A stretch of 64,000 nt of DNA from Acidobacteriota bacterium (lineage in GTDB: Bacteria; Acidobacteriota; UBA890; WLXD01). The stretch's first letter is position 1. Every line of letters starts with the position of its first letter. The notes below the pieces were generated by a model. That model ran no database searches. It was not told the origin of the DNA and saw only the letters and a program-made list of their open reading frames with translations. The stretch is from contig CBDFKD010000002.1 in NCBI GenBank assembly GCA_965248695.1, forward strand, positions 3,616,001 to 3,680,000. The letters are read 5' to 3'. The position numbers and the translations under genes were made by a program. Positions 39,689-49,912 of the stretch are shown in pieces.

Positions 39689-40840
39689 TCATCGGTCAGT
39701 CATTTCCTCGTAGAGCCCCACGAGCATGTCCACCGCATCGTCGACGGTTGCTTCTCGCCGGGCCCACTCGCGCGCCCGTTGGCCGCGGCGCCGAAGCAGG
39801 TTGCGGTCCCGCAACACTCGAAGCAACACGGCAGTGATTGCCGCCGCGTCGTGGCTGTCACTGATCTCGGTGCCGTCGATCTCGGGCAACAGGCCCACGG
39901 GTGTCCCGACAATGGCGCATCCGCAGGCTGCGGCCTCGACGGCGGTTACCGACTGACTCTCGAAATACGACGTCACCGCGACGACGTCCGCTTGCCGGTA
40001 GACTGCCGGCATGTGGTGATGCTCGACCGCTCCGTGGAACTGTACGGCCGCCCCGAGCCCCATGCTCCGCGCCGCCGTCCGGAGCTGGCCGTCGAGCTCA
40101 CCGTCGCCGACCAGGTGAAGCCGTGCCTGCGGTAGTTGCCGACGGACCGCCGAGAAACAATCGAGCAGCACGTCGTGCCCCTTCACCGGTATCAACGATC
40201 CGACGGCGAGCAGCGACGGTTCACCGTCGAGTCGCGGCGCCTCGCCGAGCGCGCCCTCGGGAGTGAACTTGCGGGTGTCTACCCCGAGCCGCAGACGATG
40301 CCAGCTCGATGCCCGGTGTCCGCGCTGCCGGCCGATGCTACGCAAGCTCTCTGATCCCACGGTGACCGCGCCGGCGCGTCGCAAGGCTACCGCGGTCGCC
40401 CAGCGGTTGAACCGCGACAGCTGACCGCCGTACCGCAACCTCGGCAGGTCGGCGAGCTCCCCGCCGAGAAGGGAGACCAACGGGCGTTGACCCGTGCCGG
40501 TGCAGGCAGCGGTAGCCACCAGTCCGGGCTCGTGCGCCCAGAGCGCGTGTACTCCGTCGAGGCGGCCGGAACGCAGGTGCGCTCCCACCGCACACGTGGC
40601 GCGGCAGAGCATCGGCAATCGTCGCCAGCCGCGCGCCTCGGCGCCGCCAAACGGTACAACGGGCACACCGAAGACCAGGTAGTTGGACGAAGTGTATGGG
40701 TATCGCAGGGCGAACACGGTGGGATCGACATGCTCGCGGAGCCCCACTACCAGGTCACGCAGCGCCGGAATCCACCAGTCCTGCTCGTCGGCGGCGAAGC
40801 CCGGCACGACGAGACCGATTCGCAGCCGTCGATCGGTCAT
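39689..40840 (-). CDS. Glycosyltransferase family 4
   Basis: VGSLIPVKG, LVGDG, YRQAD, ESQSVTAVE (EX7E). Confidence 0.88.
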   Translation of the reverse strand: MTDRRLRIGLVVPGFAADEQDWWIPALRDLVVGLREHVDPTVFALRYPYTSSNYLVFGVPVVPFGGAEARGWRRLPMLCRATCAVGAHLRSGRLDGVHALWAHEPGLVATAACTGTGQRPLVSLLGGELADLPRLRYGGQLSRFNRWATAVALRRAGAVTVGSESLRSIGRQRGHRASSWHRLRLGVDTRKFTPEGALGEAPRLDGEPSLLAVGSLIPVKGHDVLLDCFSAVRRQLPQARLHLVGDGELDGQLRTAARSMGLGAAVQFHGAVEHHHMPAVYRQADVVAVTSYFESQSVTAVEAAACGCAIVGTPVGLLPEIDGTEISDSHDAAAITAVLLRVLRDRNLLRRRGQRAREWARREATVDDAVDMLVGLYEEMTDR

Positions 40841-42115
40841 CCCGGCGCCGCTTGCAACCGTTGCCAGACGGGGTTGGTGTCCCAGCTGCCGTTATCCCTG
40901 GCGACCGCGGCGATCCGCGCGCGTACGGCTCGCGGGTCTCCGATGAGCCACTTGGGCGTGTCGTCGACTCGCGCGTTGGCCGGGCCGAGCTCCAGAACGG
41001 CGGAAAGCTCGGGATCGGCAAGCGTCGGCCGGCCGCCGTTCAGAACCAGCGCCAGATCGGCAGAGTGTGCCCGCAGCAAAGCGTTGCCGGCGTCCGCGGA
41101 GGGGTCGTGATCGTCGCCGCCGGGCGGCGCAGGCTGGGCCGTGTCCAGGCGTGTAGCGAAGACGGTGAGATCGGCCGGACCGCCCTGCTGGATCCGACCG
41201 CAGCCGGCCTCGAGGCCCAGCATTGCCGCCGGTTCGGTGGTGACCATCCTCAGCAGGCGACCGCCGCTCACTGCACCGGTGCCGTGCGCCACGCGGAGCT
41301 CGTCGAGCAGGCCGGGCCGAGCCGCTGATGGTCGAGTCGGTGCCGAGCGCGACCCGGACACCGGCAGGCAAAGCCTCGACATCGACGGTCTGGTCGAACA
41401 GGAACAGGTTGGACGCGGGGCACCACACCAGTCCGACGCCCAGCTGTGCGAGCCGTAGCCACTGCGGCGGGGTGATCGCCACCCCGTGCACCAGGACGGT
41501 GTCGTTGCCGAGCACACCCATCGCTTCGAGCTCGTCGATCTCATCGCGAGTGCGCGCATCGGCGCCCTCGGCGGCGTGCATCACGAACGGCCCCGCGCCG
41601 CTGCCGTAGGCATCGCGAGGATCGCCGCCGAATCCCAGCGAGTGCGCCCAGCGGTAGGGATGAACGACGCCTATCGGGAAGTCGTTGCCGAAGATACGGC
41701 GGTGATAGGTGTCGTGATGCATCACCGTGGTGACGCCCGAGACGATGTTCTTGTATGCCCCCCAGGCAAGACGGTCCGGCAGGCTGACGCGACGCAGGTC
41801 GCCGATCGGCGCCTCGTCGGGTCGATACACGTCGTCGGCCCAGGCGTAGAAGCTGGGGTAGGGCGGTGTGCCGAGGCGCGGGAGAAAGTCGAGCTCCAGG
41901 TGATCGTGGGCGTTGATCAAACCGGGATAGGCGCGGTGACCGTCGAGTTGGAGCACCTGCTCTCCCGTAGCCCTCGGTAGCCCGACGCCGATCTCGGCGA
42001 TGCGCCCCGCCGCCAGGCGCAGGTCGCCGTGGAAAGTGTCGCCGTCGCTGTAGCATTCCAGGTTCCGCAACAGCAGCGAGGGAGGCTTGCGTCGCCGTCG
42101 TAGGCGCTCGAGCAT
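40837..42115 (-). pseudogene. Amidohydrolase/deaminase-family protein, frameshifted
   Basis: PGLINAHDH, HAAEG, VLVHGV, WCPASN, ALGTDS. A frameshift at ~41315 restores GLLDELRVA...GRIQQGGPADL. Confidence 0.8.
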
Positions 42116-42125
42116 CGACCATTCC

Positions 42126-43322
42126 ATGAGGATCTGTACCGTTCAGCCGTACTGTCCGCCGGATGCCGATCCGGCGCCGTCAGATTACCTCGCTCGATAC
42201 CCGCTGCTGCGGTACTTGCCTCGGGAGCTGGTCGGACTCGGCCACCACGTCGACGTGGTTGTGGAGCATATGCGCGATGCGCGTCACGACGAGCACAGTG
42301 TCAGCTACCACATGGTCGCGGAGCGTCATGCGGCAGCGATGGTGGGCAGTGCTCTGGCACGGATGGCCGGAATGCCGTCGGCGCACTGGGTTCCTGCCCG
42401 CTCGACCATCGCGCGGGTGGTGCAGTTGCGACCCGATGTGGTTCATGTCCACGGCATGGTTCCGCACGTCAACCTGGTGCTGCTGGAGCGGACGCTGAGG
42501 CGCCACGGAATTCCGTGGGTAGCGCAGCACCACGGCGGCCAGCCAGCGCGCCGCTGGTGGGCGCGGCGGTTGCAGAAACGCTGGATGGGAGCACCGTCGG
42601 CGCTCGTGTTCACTTCCCGAGAGCACGCTCGGCCCTACGTCGATGCCGACCTGTTGCCGGATGGTCTGGGGAGGGTCGTCGAGGTAGTCGAGACCTCGAG
42701 CGCGCTGCGTCGACAGGATCCCCAGTCCGCCCGGCAGCGCACGGGATTCGACGGCGAACCGGTGCTGTTGTCGGTGGCGAGGCTGCATCCGGTCAAGGAT
42801 CCGCTGACCATGCTCCGCGGCGTCGAGGTGATCCTCGACGCGTTGCCGAGCGCTCAGCTGCACTGTGTCTATCGGAGCGCTGAGTTGCTCCAAGAGGTCG
42901 CCGACTTCCTGCAAGCAAGGCCCCGCATGGCGGCGCGTACGACGCTGCACGGAGAGGCGGCCACGGCGCAGATGGAGGCGATCTACAGCAGCGCTGATTT
43001 CCTCGTTCAGGCCAGCCAACGAGAGTTCAGCGGCTGTGCCGTGCTCGAGGCGATGTCGTGCAGCGTGATCCCGGTGATCAGCGACATTCCGGCTTCCCGC
43101 GCCATCCTCGGTGACGATCTGGACCGGCTGCTGTTCGAGGTCGGAGACTCGGTAGCGCTGGCGCGGCAGCTACTGGCCGTATGGGCGGAGGGTGCCGTAG
43201 AGGTCGCCCGACGGGTGACCGAGCGGTTCGACGACCATCTCAGCTTTGCGGCTATGGCGAAACGGCTGGCGGCGCTGTACGCGTGCATCCTCAGTCAGCG
43301 ACGTTCCAGCTCCAGCAAGTAG
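42126..43322 (+). CDS. Glycosyltransferase family 4 (opposite strand to the rest of the cluster)
   Basis: PDVVHVHG, VARLHPVKD, REFSGCAVLEAMSC (EX7E), SDIP. Confidence 0.88.
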   Translation: MRICTVQPYCPPDADPAPSDYLARYPLLRYLPRELVGLGHHVDVVVEHMRDARHDEHSVSYHMVAERHAAAMVGSALARMAGMPSAHWVPARSTIARVVQLRPDVVHVHGMVPHVNLVLLERTLRRHGIPWVAQHHGGQPARRWWARRLQKRWMGAPSALVFTSREHARPYVDADLLPDGLGRVVEVVETSSALRRQDPQSARQRTGFDGEPVLLSVARLHPVKDPLTMLRGVEVILDALPSAQLHCVYRSAELLQEVADFLQARPRMAARTTLHGEAATAQMEAIYSSADFLVQASQREFSGCAVLEAMSCSVIPVISDIPASRAILGDDLDRLLFEVGDSVALARQLLAVWAEGAVEVARRVTERFDDHLSFAAMAKRLAALYACILSQRRSSSSK

Positions 43323-44134
43323 TGGTCGCTCAGCCAGCTAGCCGGGGGCAGGTGTGCGATGCGGTCCTCCCAGCGGCGCAGACGGTCAAACAGGATCCGG
43401 TGCCGATCGACGAGGTACGCCAGCTGCGACGGCGGTAGCAGCACTCCGATGGCGCGGGCACCGATGGGCCGAAACCAGGGCTCCAGCTCACGCCGTAGGC
43501 GCCGCTGGGTGGGGTAGTCGAGGGCCAGCGGGCGACCCCCGACGACCGCCCGCGTGCGCCCACGCAACCTCCGGCAGGCGCTCGGCAAGCGGCCACGGAG
43601 CGCGAACGAAGCGATCTCCCAGGCGCAGACTGGCCCCATCACCACCACCGTGAGGCGGGCGCCGGGGCGCAGCACGCCGGCGACGGCGGCGGCAAGGGTG
43701 GGGCGCGAGGCGACGCAGTTGAGGGCGCCGAAGTTCGACAAGCAGCCGTCGAACAGCTCGTGGTCGGCGGAGTCGTGGCCCACCAGCGCGTCACGCAGGT
43801 CTGGGGCGCTCGCATCGAGATCGATTCGCTGTAGACGGACGCTGTCGGCGACACCGGCACTGTGCAGCTTGCGCGCTGCCTCCGACAGCATCGCTTCGGA
43901 GCCGTCCAGCCCCACCACGCGCACGCCGCGCTGCGCCAGCCAGAGGGCGTCCTCGCCAGTGCCGCAGCCTAGCTCGACGACTCGATCACCGGCGGTGTAC
44001 CGGTGCAGCCGGCGATGCACCGCCTGACGCAACCAGCGTCCGAGCGTTCGGTGGCTGAACGTTCGATCGTAGTCGGCGGCGATGGCGTCGAAGGCGGCGG
44101 CAGCCGCATCAATCGAGGCCGGCGCCAGCGTCAT
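43295..44134 (-). CDS. Class I SAM-dependent methyltransferase
   Basis: FDAIAADYD, VELGCGTGED, LDGSEAML, SNFGALNC, LRPGA. Confidence 0.9.
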   Translation of the reverse strand: MTLAPASIDAAAAAFDAIAADYDRTFSHRTLGRWLRQAVHRRLHRYTAGDRVVELGCGTGEDALWLAQRGVRVVGLDGSEAMLSEAARKLHSAGVADSVRLQRIDLDASAPDLRDALVGHDSADHELFDGCLSNFGALNCVASRPTLAAAVAGVLRPGARLTVVVMGPVCAWEIASFALRGRLPSACRRLRGRTRAVVGGRPLALDYPTQRRLRRELEPWFRPIGARAIGVLLPPSQLAYLVDRHRILFDRLRRWEDRIAHLPPASWLSDHYLLELERR

Positions 44135-45591
44135 GGTGTCGGGTCGCCCTGACGCTGGTGGCGTAGCAGGCGCATGCCGAGACGGCCTGCGTGGGCGTTG
44201 ACGGTGGCCCGGGCGAGTCGCCGATAGTCGCGCCGTCCGCTCTCCTGCATGCGGGCGCGCTCGAGCTCGTTGACCATCCAGCGGTTGGCGAAGCGATAGA
44301 ACCGGTCGGAGTGCCTACCGCGTACCGAGATGTCGCGGTCGGTGCCGTGCGCCCAGGAGCGCGGGGGAATCAGCCGATCCTCGACCCGCTGATAGTAGCC
44401 GGTGCCCTTGATCGGATAGGCAACCGTGGTGACGAAACGGTTTGGCCGCGCGCGTTTCAGGAACGCGACGGTCGCCTCTATGTCCGCCAGATCCTCGCCG
44501 TCGTAGCCCAGCATGATGAACAGCCCGGCCTCGATTCCGTGTTGCTGGAGCTCGCGGACGATCTGCTCGACCCTCTGCGCGTCGGTCTGACGTTGCATGG
44601 CGTCGAGAACCCGCTGCGACCCGCTCTCGGCGCCGACCCACAAGCGCTTGCAGCCCATCGATGCAAGCCGTTCGATGGTCCGGGTATCGAGGCGATCCTC
44701 GCGCGAGATGGTCTCGAACGGGATGCGCAGCCCACGACGCTCGAGCTCGTCGCCATACTCGTGCAACCAGCGATGGTTGATGGTGAACACATCATCTGCG
44801 TACCAGACCTGGTCGGGCCGATAACGGCTCACGATCTGTTCGAGCTCGTCGGCGACGCGGCCTGCCGACCGCCGCCGGTGGGAGAAACCGAACACGCTGT
44901 GGCTGCACCAGTTGCACTTGTAAGGGCAGCCGCGAGCGGTGATCAGCGACACCGATCCGGCACCGTGGTGTTGTCGCCAGACGTCGACGTAGCGGTCGAT
45001 ATCGATCGCCTCGCGGTCCGGGTCGGGAAGCGTGTCCAGGTCGCTGATCTGAGAGCGAGGCCGCGTGCGAATCAGCTCCAAGGTGCCGGTACTCGCCGCC
45101 GTCGCGTCCTCTGCGTCCAACATGTGGTTGGCGGCGCTACTCGGGCGGCAGATGATCCCGTCGATGGCGCCAAGATCGGACACCCCGTGCTGTAGAAGGT
45201 GCGGTACCAGCTCGGCCATGGTGAGCTCGCCCTCCCCTTCGACGACGATGTCGGCACCGGCGCTCAGGTACTCGTCCGCGTAGCCCGACGGCTCCGGTCC
45301 ACCAACCACGATCATGGCGCCGATCTCGCGACAGTCGGCGATCGTGCGCAGGGCGCCGCTGCGCGTCATCAGGTTGACGTAGATCCCGACGACGGCGGGG
45401 CGCGTGCGGCGCAGGTAGTCGCGAAAATCGCCCCGGGTGCTGAACGTGGTGTCGAAGACGGCGACATCGGTGCCGCATGCCTTCAGGTGAGCGCAGATGT
45501 AGAGCAGCCCCAGCGGTGGATACGGGCGCATGATCTGCTGCTCGTGGGTATCCTCGGCGAGGAAATAGGCGTGGGTGAGGAGTAGGTCCAT
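44131..45591 (-). CDS. Cobalamin-binding radical SAM protein (class B type)
   Basis: PYPPLGLLY B12-domain start, GGPEP, GEGE, TARGCPYKCNWC (CX3CX2C), GAESGSQ. Confidence 0.92.
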   Translation of the reverse strand: MDLLLTHAYFLAEDTHEQQIMRPYPPLGLLYICAHLKACGTDVAVFDTTFSTRGDFRDYLRRTRPAVVGIYVNLMTRSGALRTIADCREIGAMIVVGGPEPSGYADEYLSAGADIVVEGEGELTMAELVPHLLQHGVSDLGAIDGIICRPSSAANHMLDAEDATAASTGTLELIRTRPRSQISDLDTLPDPDREAIDIDRYVDVWRQHHGAGSVSLITARGCPYKCNWCSHSVFGFSHRRRSAGRVADELEQIVSRYRPDQVWYADDVFTINHRWLHEYGDELERRGLRIPFETISREDRLDTRTIERLASMGCKRLWVGAESGSQRVLDAMQRQTDAQRVEQIVRELQQHGIEAGLFIMLGYDGEDLADIEATVAFLKRARPNRFVTTVAYPIKGTGYYQRVEDRLIPPRSWAHGTDRDISVRGRHSDRFYRFANRWMVNELERARMQESGRRDYRRLARATVNAHAGRLGMRLLRHQRQGDPTP

Positions 45592-45593
45592 GG

Positions 45594-45911
45594 TCAGGAC
45601 AGCTGCGGTGAAGGCGCTAGATGCTCGATCACGAGCTTCTCCACCGGTAGGGCGAAGAAGTCGTGCCGGCAGCGCCAGCGGGCCAGTTGAGCGAGCGGTC
45701 GCTTGAGCAACCGATCCGGGCCGCCGGCAAAGCGGTTGTAGAACTTGAAGCGCTCGACATGACGGAACATCTCCGCGCTCACCCACGGTCCCGCCGAGCC
45801 GATGCGCACCGCGTAACGGTCCGAATCGAGTGCCGAGCCGACGGCCAGCAGGCCGAGCGGCATGGTGTAGAAGACCGACTGCGGATTGTAGAGAACGACT
45901 TTGCGACGCAT
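45594..45911 (-). pseudogene. Third cobalamin-binding radical SAM gene with a large in-frame internal deletion
   Basis: B12-domain N-terminus (KVVLYNP...MPLGLLAVGS) fused at ~45800 to a C-terminal segment; no CX3CX2C. Confidence 0.75.
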
Positions 45912-45916
45912 CCGCC

Positions 45917-47518
45917 TCAAACTCCAGAGGCCGGGGTAGCGGCCTTGTCGCGACCCCGAGGGCTGGTTGCGGCGGGTCGGTCGCGACGTTGAGGAGTAGG
46001 GTTGGCGGCCTCGTCGCGATCGAGGGGCGGTGGCGCCAGGCGCGAGCTCGGCACCGAACGCTGCAGTCGCGTCAGCCGCGCGCTCTCGACCGGCAGGCGC
46101 AGCGAGTGCGCCACGGCGACGGCGACGTTGCGTAGACGGCGCAGTGGGGTCGAGGATGCCCCGCGTAGCCGGCCGCTGGCCGCCGCGGTCGCCCGGTTGC
46201 GGCGGAACTCGAGCTGCACGACGCGGTGTAGCTGGCGGTAGAACGCAGCGCTGTAGGTTCCGGCGTAGAGCATTGCCAGGTCGTCGGAGTCGACCCAGTT
46301 GTGTTGCTCACCGAGCTGATCGCGGACGCGGTCGTGGAACTTCGTTCCCGGCAACGGGTACGAGACGGAGATGCCGATCTCGTCCGGTGCGCAGCGTTGC
46401 ACCAGCTGCCGGGTCTGGTTGATCTGATCCCGTGTCTCACCCGGGTAGCCGAACTGCAGGAACAGTCCCACACGCACGCCTGCCTGTCGGAGCCTGTCGC
46501 TCGCCTGCTCGATCTGCTCCACCGTGGTGCCCTTTTCCATCGCGTCGAGAATCTCCTGGGCACCCGACTCGGCGCCGATCCAGACCGTGTCGCAGCCGGA
46601 GCGGTGTAGCGCATCGATCTCGCCCCTGCGCAGCAGCAGGTCGGCGCGGCTGAGGCACTTGTACGGCACCCGGACTCCGGCGGCTGCCAGGCAGTCGGCG
46701 AACTGCGCCACCCATCCCGGCTGCAGTCCCATGATGTCGTCGGCGAAGTCGATGTGCTCGACGCCGTGGCGCTCAACCACCTCTGCCATCTCGTCGACGA
46801 CGTGCTGCGGGCTGCGGCTATGGTAGGCCTGTCCCCAGATGGGCTTGGCGCACCAGTTGCAATGAAACGGACAGCCGCGCGTCGTGGCCAGGTTGAGCGA
46901 GAAGGCGCCGTGTCGATCACGCCAGATCGCCGCGTAGCGTTGCATGTCGACCAGGTCTCGGGCCGGGGTCGGCAGGGTATCGAGGTCGGTCAGCAACGAC
47001 CGACCACCGGTGTCGCAGAGGACTCCGTCCACCGACAGATAGCGCAGGCCGGCGATCGACTCGGGCGTCACGCTGCTCCGTCCGGTGCGGGCGGCCAGCA
47101 GGTCGACCAGGGTCGCCTCGCCCTCGCCGATGAGGACGTAGTCTGCCCCCTGCTCGAGGTACTGACGCGAGTGGTCGGTAGCATCGGAGCCGCACACGAT
47201 GATCTCGCAGTGCCGCGCCTTCGCCATCGCGATCATGCGGAAGGCGGCCTCGCGCATGCGCAACAGGCACATCTTCGACAGGTAGTTGAAGTTGTCCTCG
47301 AACAGAACGGCGAAGCGCGGTCGGGACTGTAGTAGCGCCGTGTCCCATTCGTCCTCCGACTCGGCCAGCATGGCGTCGAACAGCTGCACCGAATGACCCT
47401 GCTGACGCACGCAGGCCGCAGCCCAGAGCGATCCGAGCGGCGGGTACGGGCGCATGGCGCGATGTAGCTTGGGGTCGAAGCGCAGGTAGTACGACTGTCC
47501 GAACAGAACGACGCTCAC
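45917..47518 (-). CDS. Cobalamin-binding radical SAM protein (class B type)
   Basis: PYPPLGSL, IGEGE, TTRGCPFHCNWC, FADDI, GAESGAQ, SYPLPGT. Confidence 0.92.
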   Translation of the reverse strand: MSVVLFGQSYYLRFDPKLHRAMRPYPPLGSLWAAACVRQQGHSVQLFDAMLAESEDEWDTALLQSRPRFAVLFEDNFNYLSKMCLLRMREAAFRMIAMAKARHCEIIVCGSDATDHSRQYLEQGADYVLIGEGEATLVDLLAARTGRSSVTPESIAGLRYLSVDGVLCDTGGRSLLTDLDTLPTPARDLVDMQRYAAIWRDRHGAFSLNLATTRGCPFHCNWCAKPIWGQAYHSRSPQHVVDEMAEVVERHGVEHIDFADDIMGLQPGWVAQFADCLAAAGVRVPYKCLSRADLLLRRGEIDALHRSGCDTVWIGAESGAQEILDAMEKGTTVEQIEQASDRLRQAGVRVGLFLQFGYPGETRDQINQTRQLVQRCAPDEIGISVSYPLPGTKFHDRVRDQLGEQHNWVDSDDLAMLYAGTYSAAFYRQLHRVVQLEFRRNRATAAASGRLRGASSTPLRRLRNVAVAVAHSLRLPVESARLTRLQRSVPSSRLAPPPLDRDEAANPTPQRRDRPAATSPRGRDKAATPASGV

Positions 47519-48696
47519 CGGTCGACTCCGTAGCGTGTCTCGAACTGCTGCTCATACAACTGCGGCGGGCGCTCGCTGTGTGCCGGCTCGGCTCCGGCGC
47601 TGACGCTGCCACCAGGGAACAGGCGTTCGACCGCGGCGAGCGCATTCCTCTCGCCGACAACGGCCGCCAGCCGCGCCGCGAGCCGCGTCCGGACGATGGA
47701 TCTGTAGCCGCCGCCGACCACGAGCTGACGGTCGCGTCGGTAGGTGTGGCGAAGCTGTTGCAGCGTCACACCGCGTGGCCGTAGTCGTAGCGCGTAGTAG
47801 CGCAGCAATGTGCTGTATGCGGCACGATCAATCGCCCCCCCGATGCGGCCACCGAACAGGCGCTCGATGCCGGCAGCCAGGCGACTCTGGCTGCTGCAGT
47901 ACGGCTCGGTGGCGCCATCGCTGACGTCAGTTTCGGCGCGGGCGCTGGCTCGGCTGTCGGCATCCGCCCTGTCGCCGAGCCCCGCCCGGGGCCGGTTTTC
48001 GGCCGCGCGTGCATTGGGAAGTAGCTCATCCAGCCAGGTGTTGGCAGCGACGAACTCGTCGTAGACGGCTTCGCCGGCAAGCGGCACCGACTGGACGATC
48101 TCGTGAGCCGTGTAGAGATCACGCTCCTCGAGAGACAGGCTCGCCTGCGACAGGAAGAAGTTGGGGCACACCCGCTGGCGTGCGAAGCGCGGCAACCGGC
48201 GCAACAGCATCGCCGCCACCTGAACCCACCAAAGCCGGCCGGGGGCGGCGATGCAGAAGATGTCGATGTCACCGTCTCCGTCGGTGTTGTCGACCGCCAG
48301 CGAGCCACAGACGGCGACCATGCGAACGAACGGATATCGTCTTAGCGCGGCGGCATACTGGCGGGCGACCGCCCAGCGGGGCGCGCTCGCCCGTAGGCGC
48401 GCTAGCCGAGTCTCGACCGTGTGCTGGCGTCCGCTCAGGCAGATGTATTCGCCGCACCGTTCGAGGTGATCCCCGGTCAACCGGTCGATCGCCACGGCCA
48501 CCGCGCTCTGGTCAGCCGCTGCGCCAGCCAGATAGCGATGCACCTCTGGCTCGGTGAGCGGGTAGTCGAACAAGTCGGCGTAGGTGATGGTCGCCATCAC
48601 GTCGCGTTCGATGGCCGCCAGCCGGCCTGCAGAAGATGCAGCGAAGCGGTTAGCAGCGGCGGTGTCGGTCGCAGGGATGACGACGCGCGAGCTCAC
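47515..48696 (-). CDS. Pol-beta-superfamily nucleotidyltransferase-like protein
   Basis: PFVRMVAVCGSLA...DGDIDIF (GS-x-DxD), CPNFFL, DLYTAHE; N-terminal YADLFDYPLT. Confidence 0.75.
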   Translation of the reverse strand: MSSRVVIPATDTAAANRFAASSAGRLAAIERDVMATITYADLFDYPLTEPEVHRYLAGAAADQSAVAVAIDRLTGDHLERCGEYICLSGRQHTVETRLARLRASAPRWAVARQYAAALRRYPFVRMVAVCGSLAVDNTDGDGDIDIFCIAAPGRLWWVQVAAMLLRRLPRFARQRVCPNFFLSQASLSLEERDLYTAHEIVQSVPLAGEAVYDEFVAANTWLDELLPNARAAENRPRAGLGDRADADSRASARAETDVSDGATEPYCSSQSRLAAGIERLFGGRIGGAIDRAAYSTLLRYYALRLRPRGVTLQQLRHTYRRDRQLVVGGGYRSIVRTRLAARLAAVVGERNALAAVERLFPGGSVSAGAEPAHSERPPQLYEQQFETRYGVDR

Positions 48697-49787
48697 AGGA
48701 CCTCACCGTAGGCTTCAAGCGTCTCGTCGACCATCCGTTTCGCCGCGTAGGTCGTGCGCGCGCGGTGCGCTGCGGCCGTTCCCATACGCTGCCTGAGCGC
48801 AGCATTTGCCAACAACGTGCCGAGCCCCTCGACGAGCGCATCCCGATCATCGGGGGCGACCACCAGTCCGGTAATCCCATGGGCGTTCACCTCGCTCGTG
48901 CCGGTGTTCAGCTCGGTGCTCACCACCGGCGTGCCGGCGGCCATCGCCTCGACCAGGGTTATGCCGAAGGCCTCGCTGCGCAGCGTTGACGGGAGCACGA
49001 CGACGTCGGCGCGTGCGTAGTAGCCGGGCAACGCTTCGTCGGTGACCTGATCGAGGATGCGGATGCGGTCGCGCGCCGGAGAGCGCTCGATCTGCCGCTC
49101 CAGCCGGCGACGTTCGGGGCCGTCGCCCACCAGCAGCAGGCCGGCCGCGAGATGCTCCATGGCGTCGACCAGAACGGCCAGTCCCTTGTAGTGGCGGAAC
49201 CGCCCGACGAAGAGAATGATCGGCCCCTCTATGCCACTCGGCGCGCTGCCACCATTTTCCGCGCTGGCGAACCTCTCGATATCAACGCCCAGCGGCACGA
49301 CCCGGCACTTGTCCCTGACCCGACCCAGCGTCCGTGAGCTCCGCAGGTATGAGTTGCTGGTCGCGAGCACGCACCCGACATTGCGCAGGAATCGCCGTCG
49401 CAGCGGCCCGAGGAGCTTTGCCCAGGCGCGCTGCCGAACGACGTCGCTGCGGTAGGTAACGACGCAGGGGCGTCCACCACCAACCGTAAGCTCACCGAGC
49501 TCGGCCACCGGGTAGGGCATGTGCACATGCACCAGGTCGGCGCGCTCGCGTCGCAGCTGTCGTACCAGCCGCAGGCTGATGGGCGTCGAGGCGATCTCTC
49601 CGAGTCGGCCGGCGCGCACCACTCGGACACCGTGCTCGTTTCGTACCGACGTGCGCCAGTTGGGCGAGGTCGTTAGCACCGTGACCTCGAGGCCGCGCCG
49701 CGCCTGCTCCTCGGCCAGCAGGCGTACGTGACCCTCGACGCCGCCGATCACCGGAGGGTAGTCCTTGTAAACGTGGAGTATGCGCAC
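48693..49787 (-). CDS. Glycosyltransferase family 4; its first 10 codons lie in the left att repeat of an inserted element
   Basis: MRILHVYKDYPPVIGG, FVGRFRHYKG, SEAFGITLVEAM. Confidence 0.9.
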   Translation of the reverse strand: MRILHVYKDYPPVIGGVEGHVRLLAEEQARRGLEVTVLTTSPNWRTSVRNEHGVRVVRAGRLGEIASTPISLRLVRQLRRERADLVHVHMPYPVAELGELTVGGGRPCVVTYRSDVVRQRAWAKLLGPLRRRFLRNVGCVLATSNSYLRSSRTLGRVRDKCRVVPLGVDIERFASAENGGSAPSGIEGPIILFVGRFRHYKGLAVLVDAMEHLAAGLLLVGDGPERRRLERQIERSPARDRIRILDQVTDEALPGYYARADVVVLPSTLRSEAFGITLVEAMAAGTPVVSTELNTGTSEVNAHGITGLVVAPDDRDALVEGLGTLLANAALRQRMGTAAAHRARTTYAAKRMVDETLEAYGEVL

Positions 49788-49912
49788 CGGTTGATTTTAG
49801 GGGGTCGAGGTGCGCGAAAGTGAGGGGTTTTGAGCCTTTCTTGGCACCAACTTGGCACCAGCTCACATCCGGCGACAAGACGGGAGGTGCCGGGTGAGCA
49901 GGAGGGTGGCTG

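Noticed and set aside
44131-47518. RiPP cluster or BchE/hopanoid methylase assignment for the radical SAM genes
   Set aside because: No precursor peptide, RRE/SPASM features, photosynthesis or hpn genes visible; the context is glycosyltransferases.
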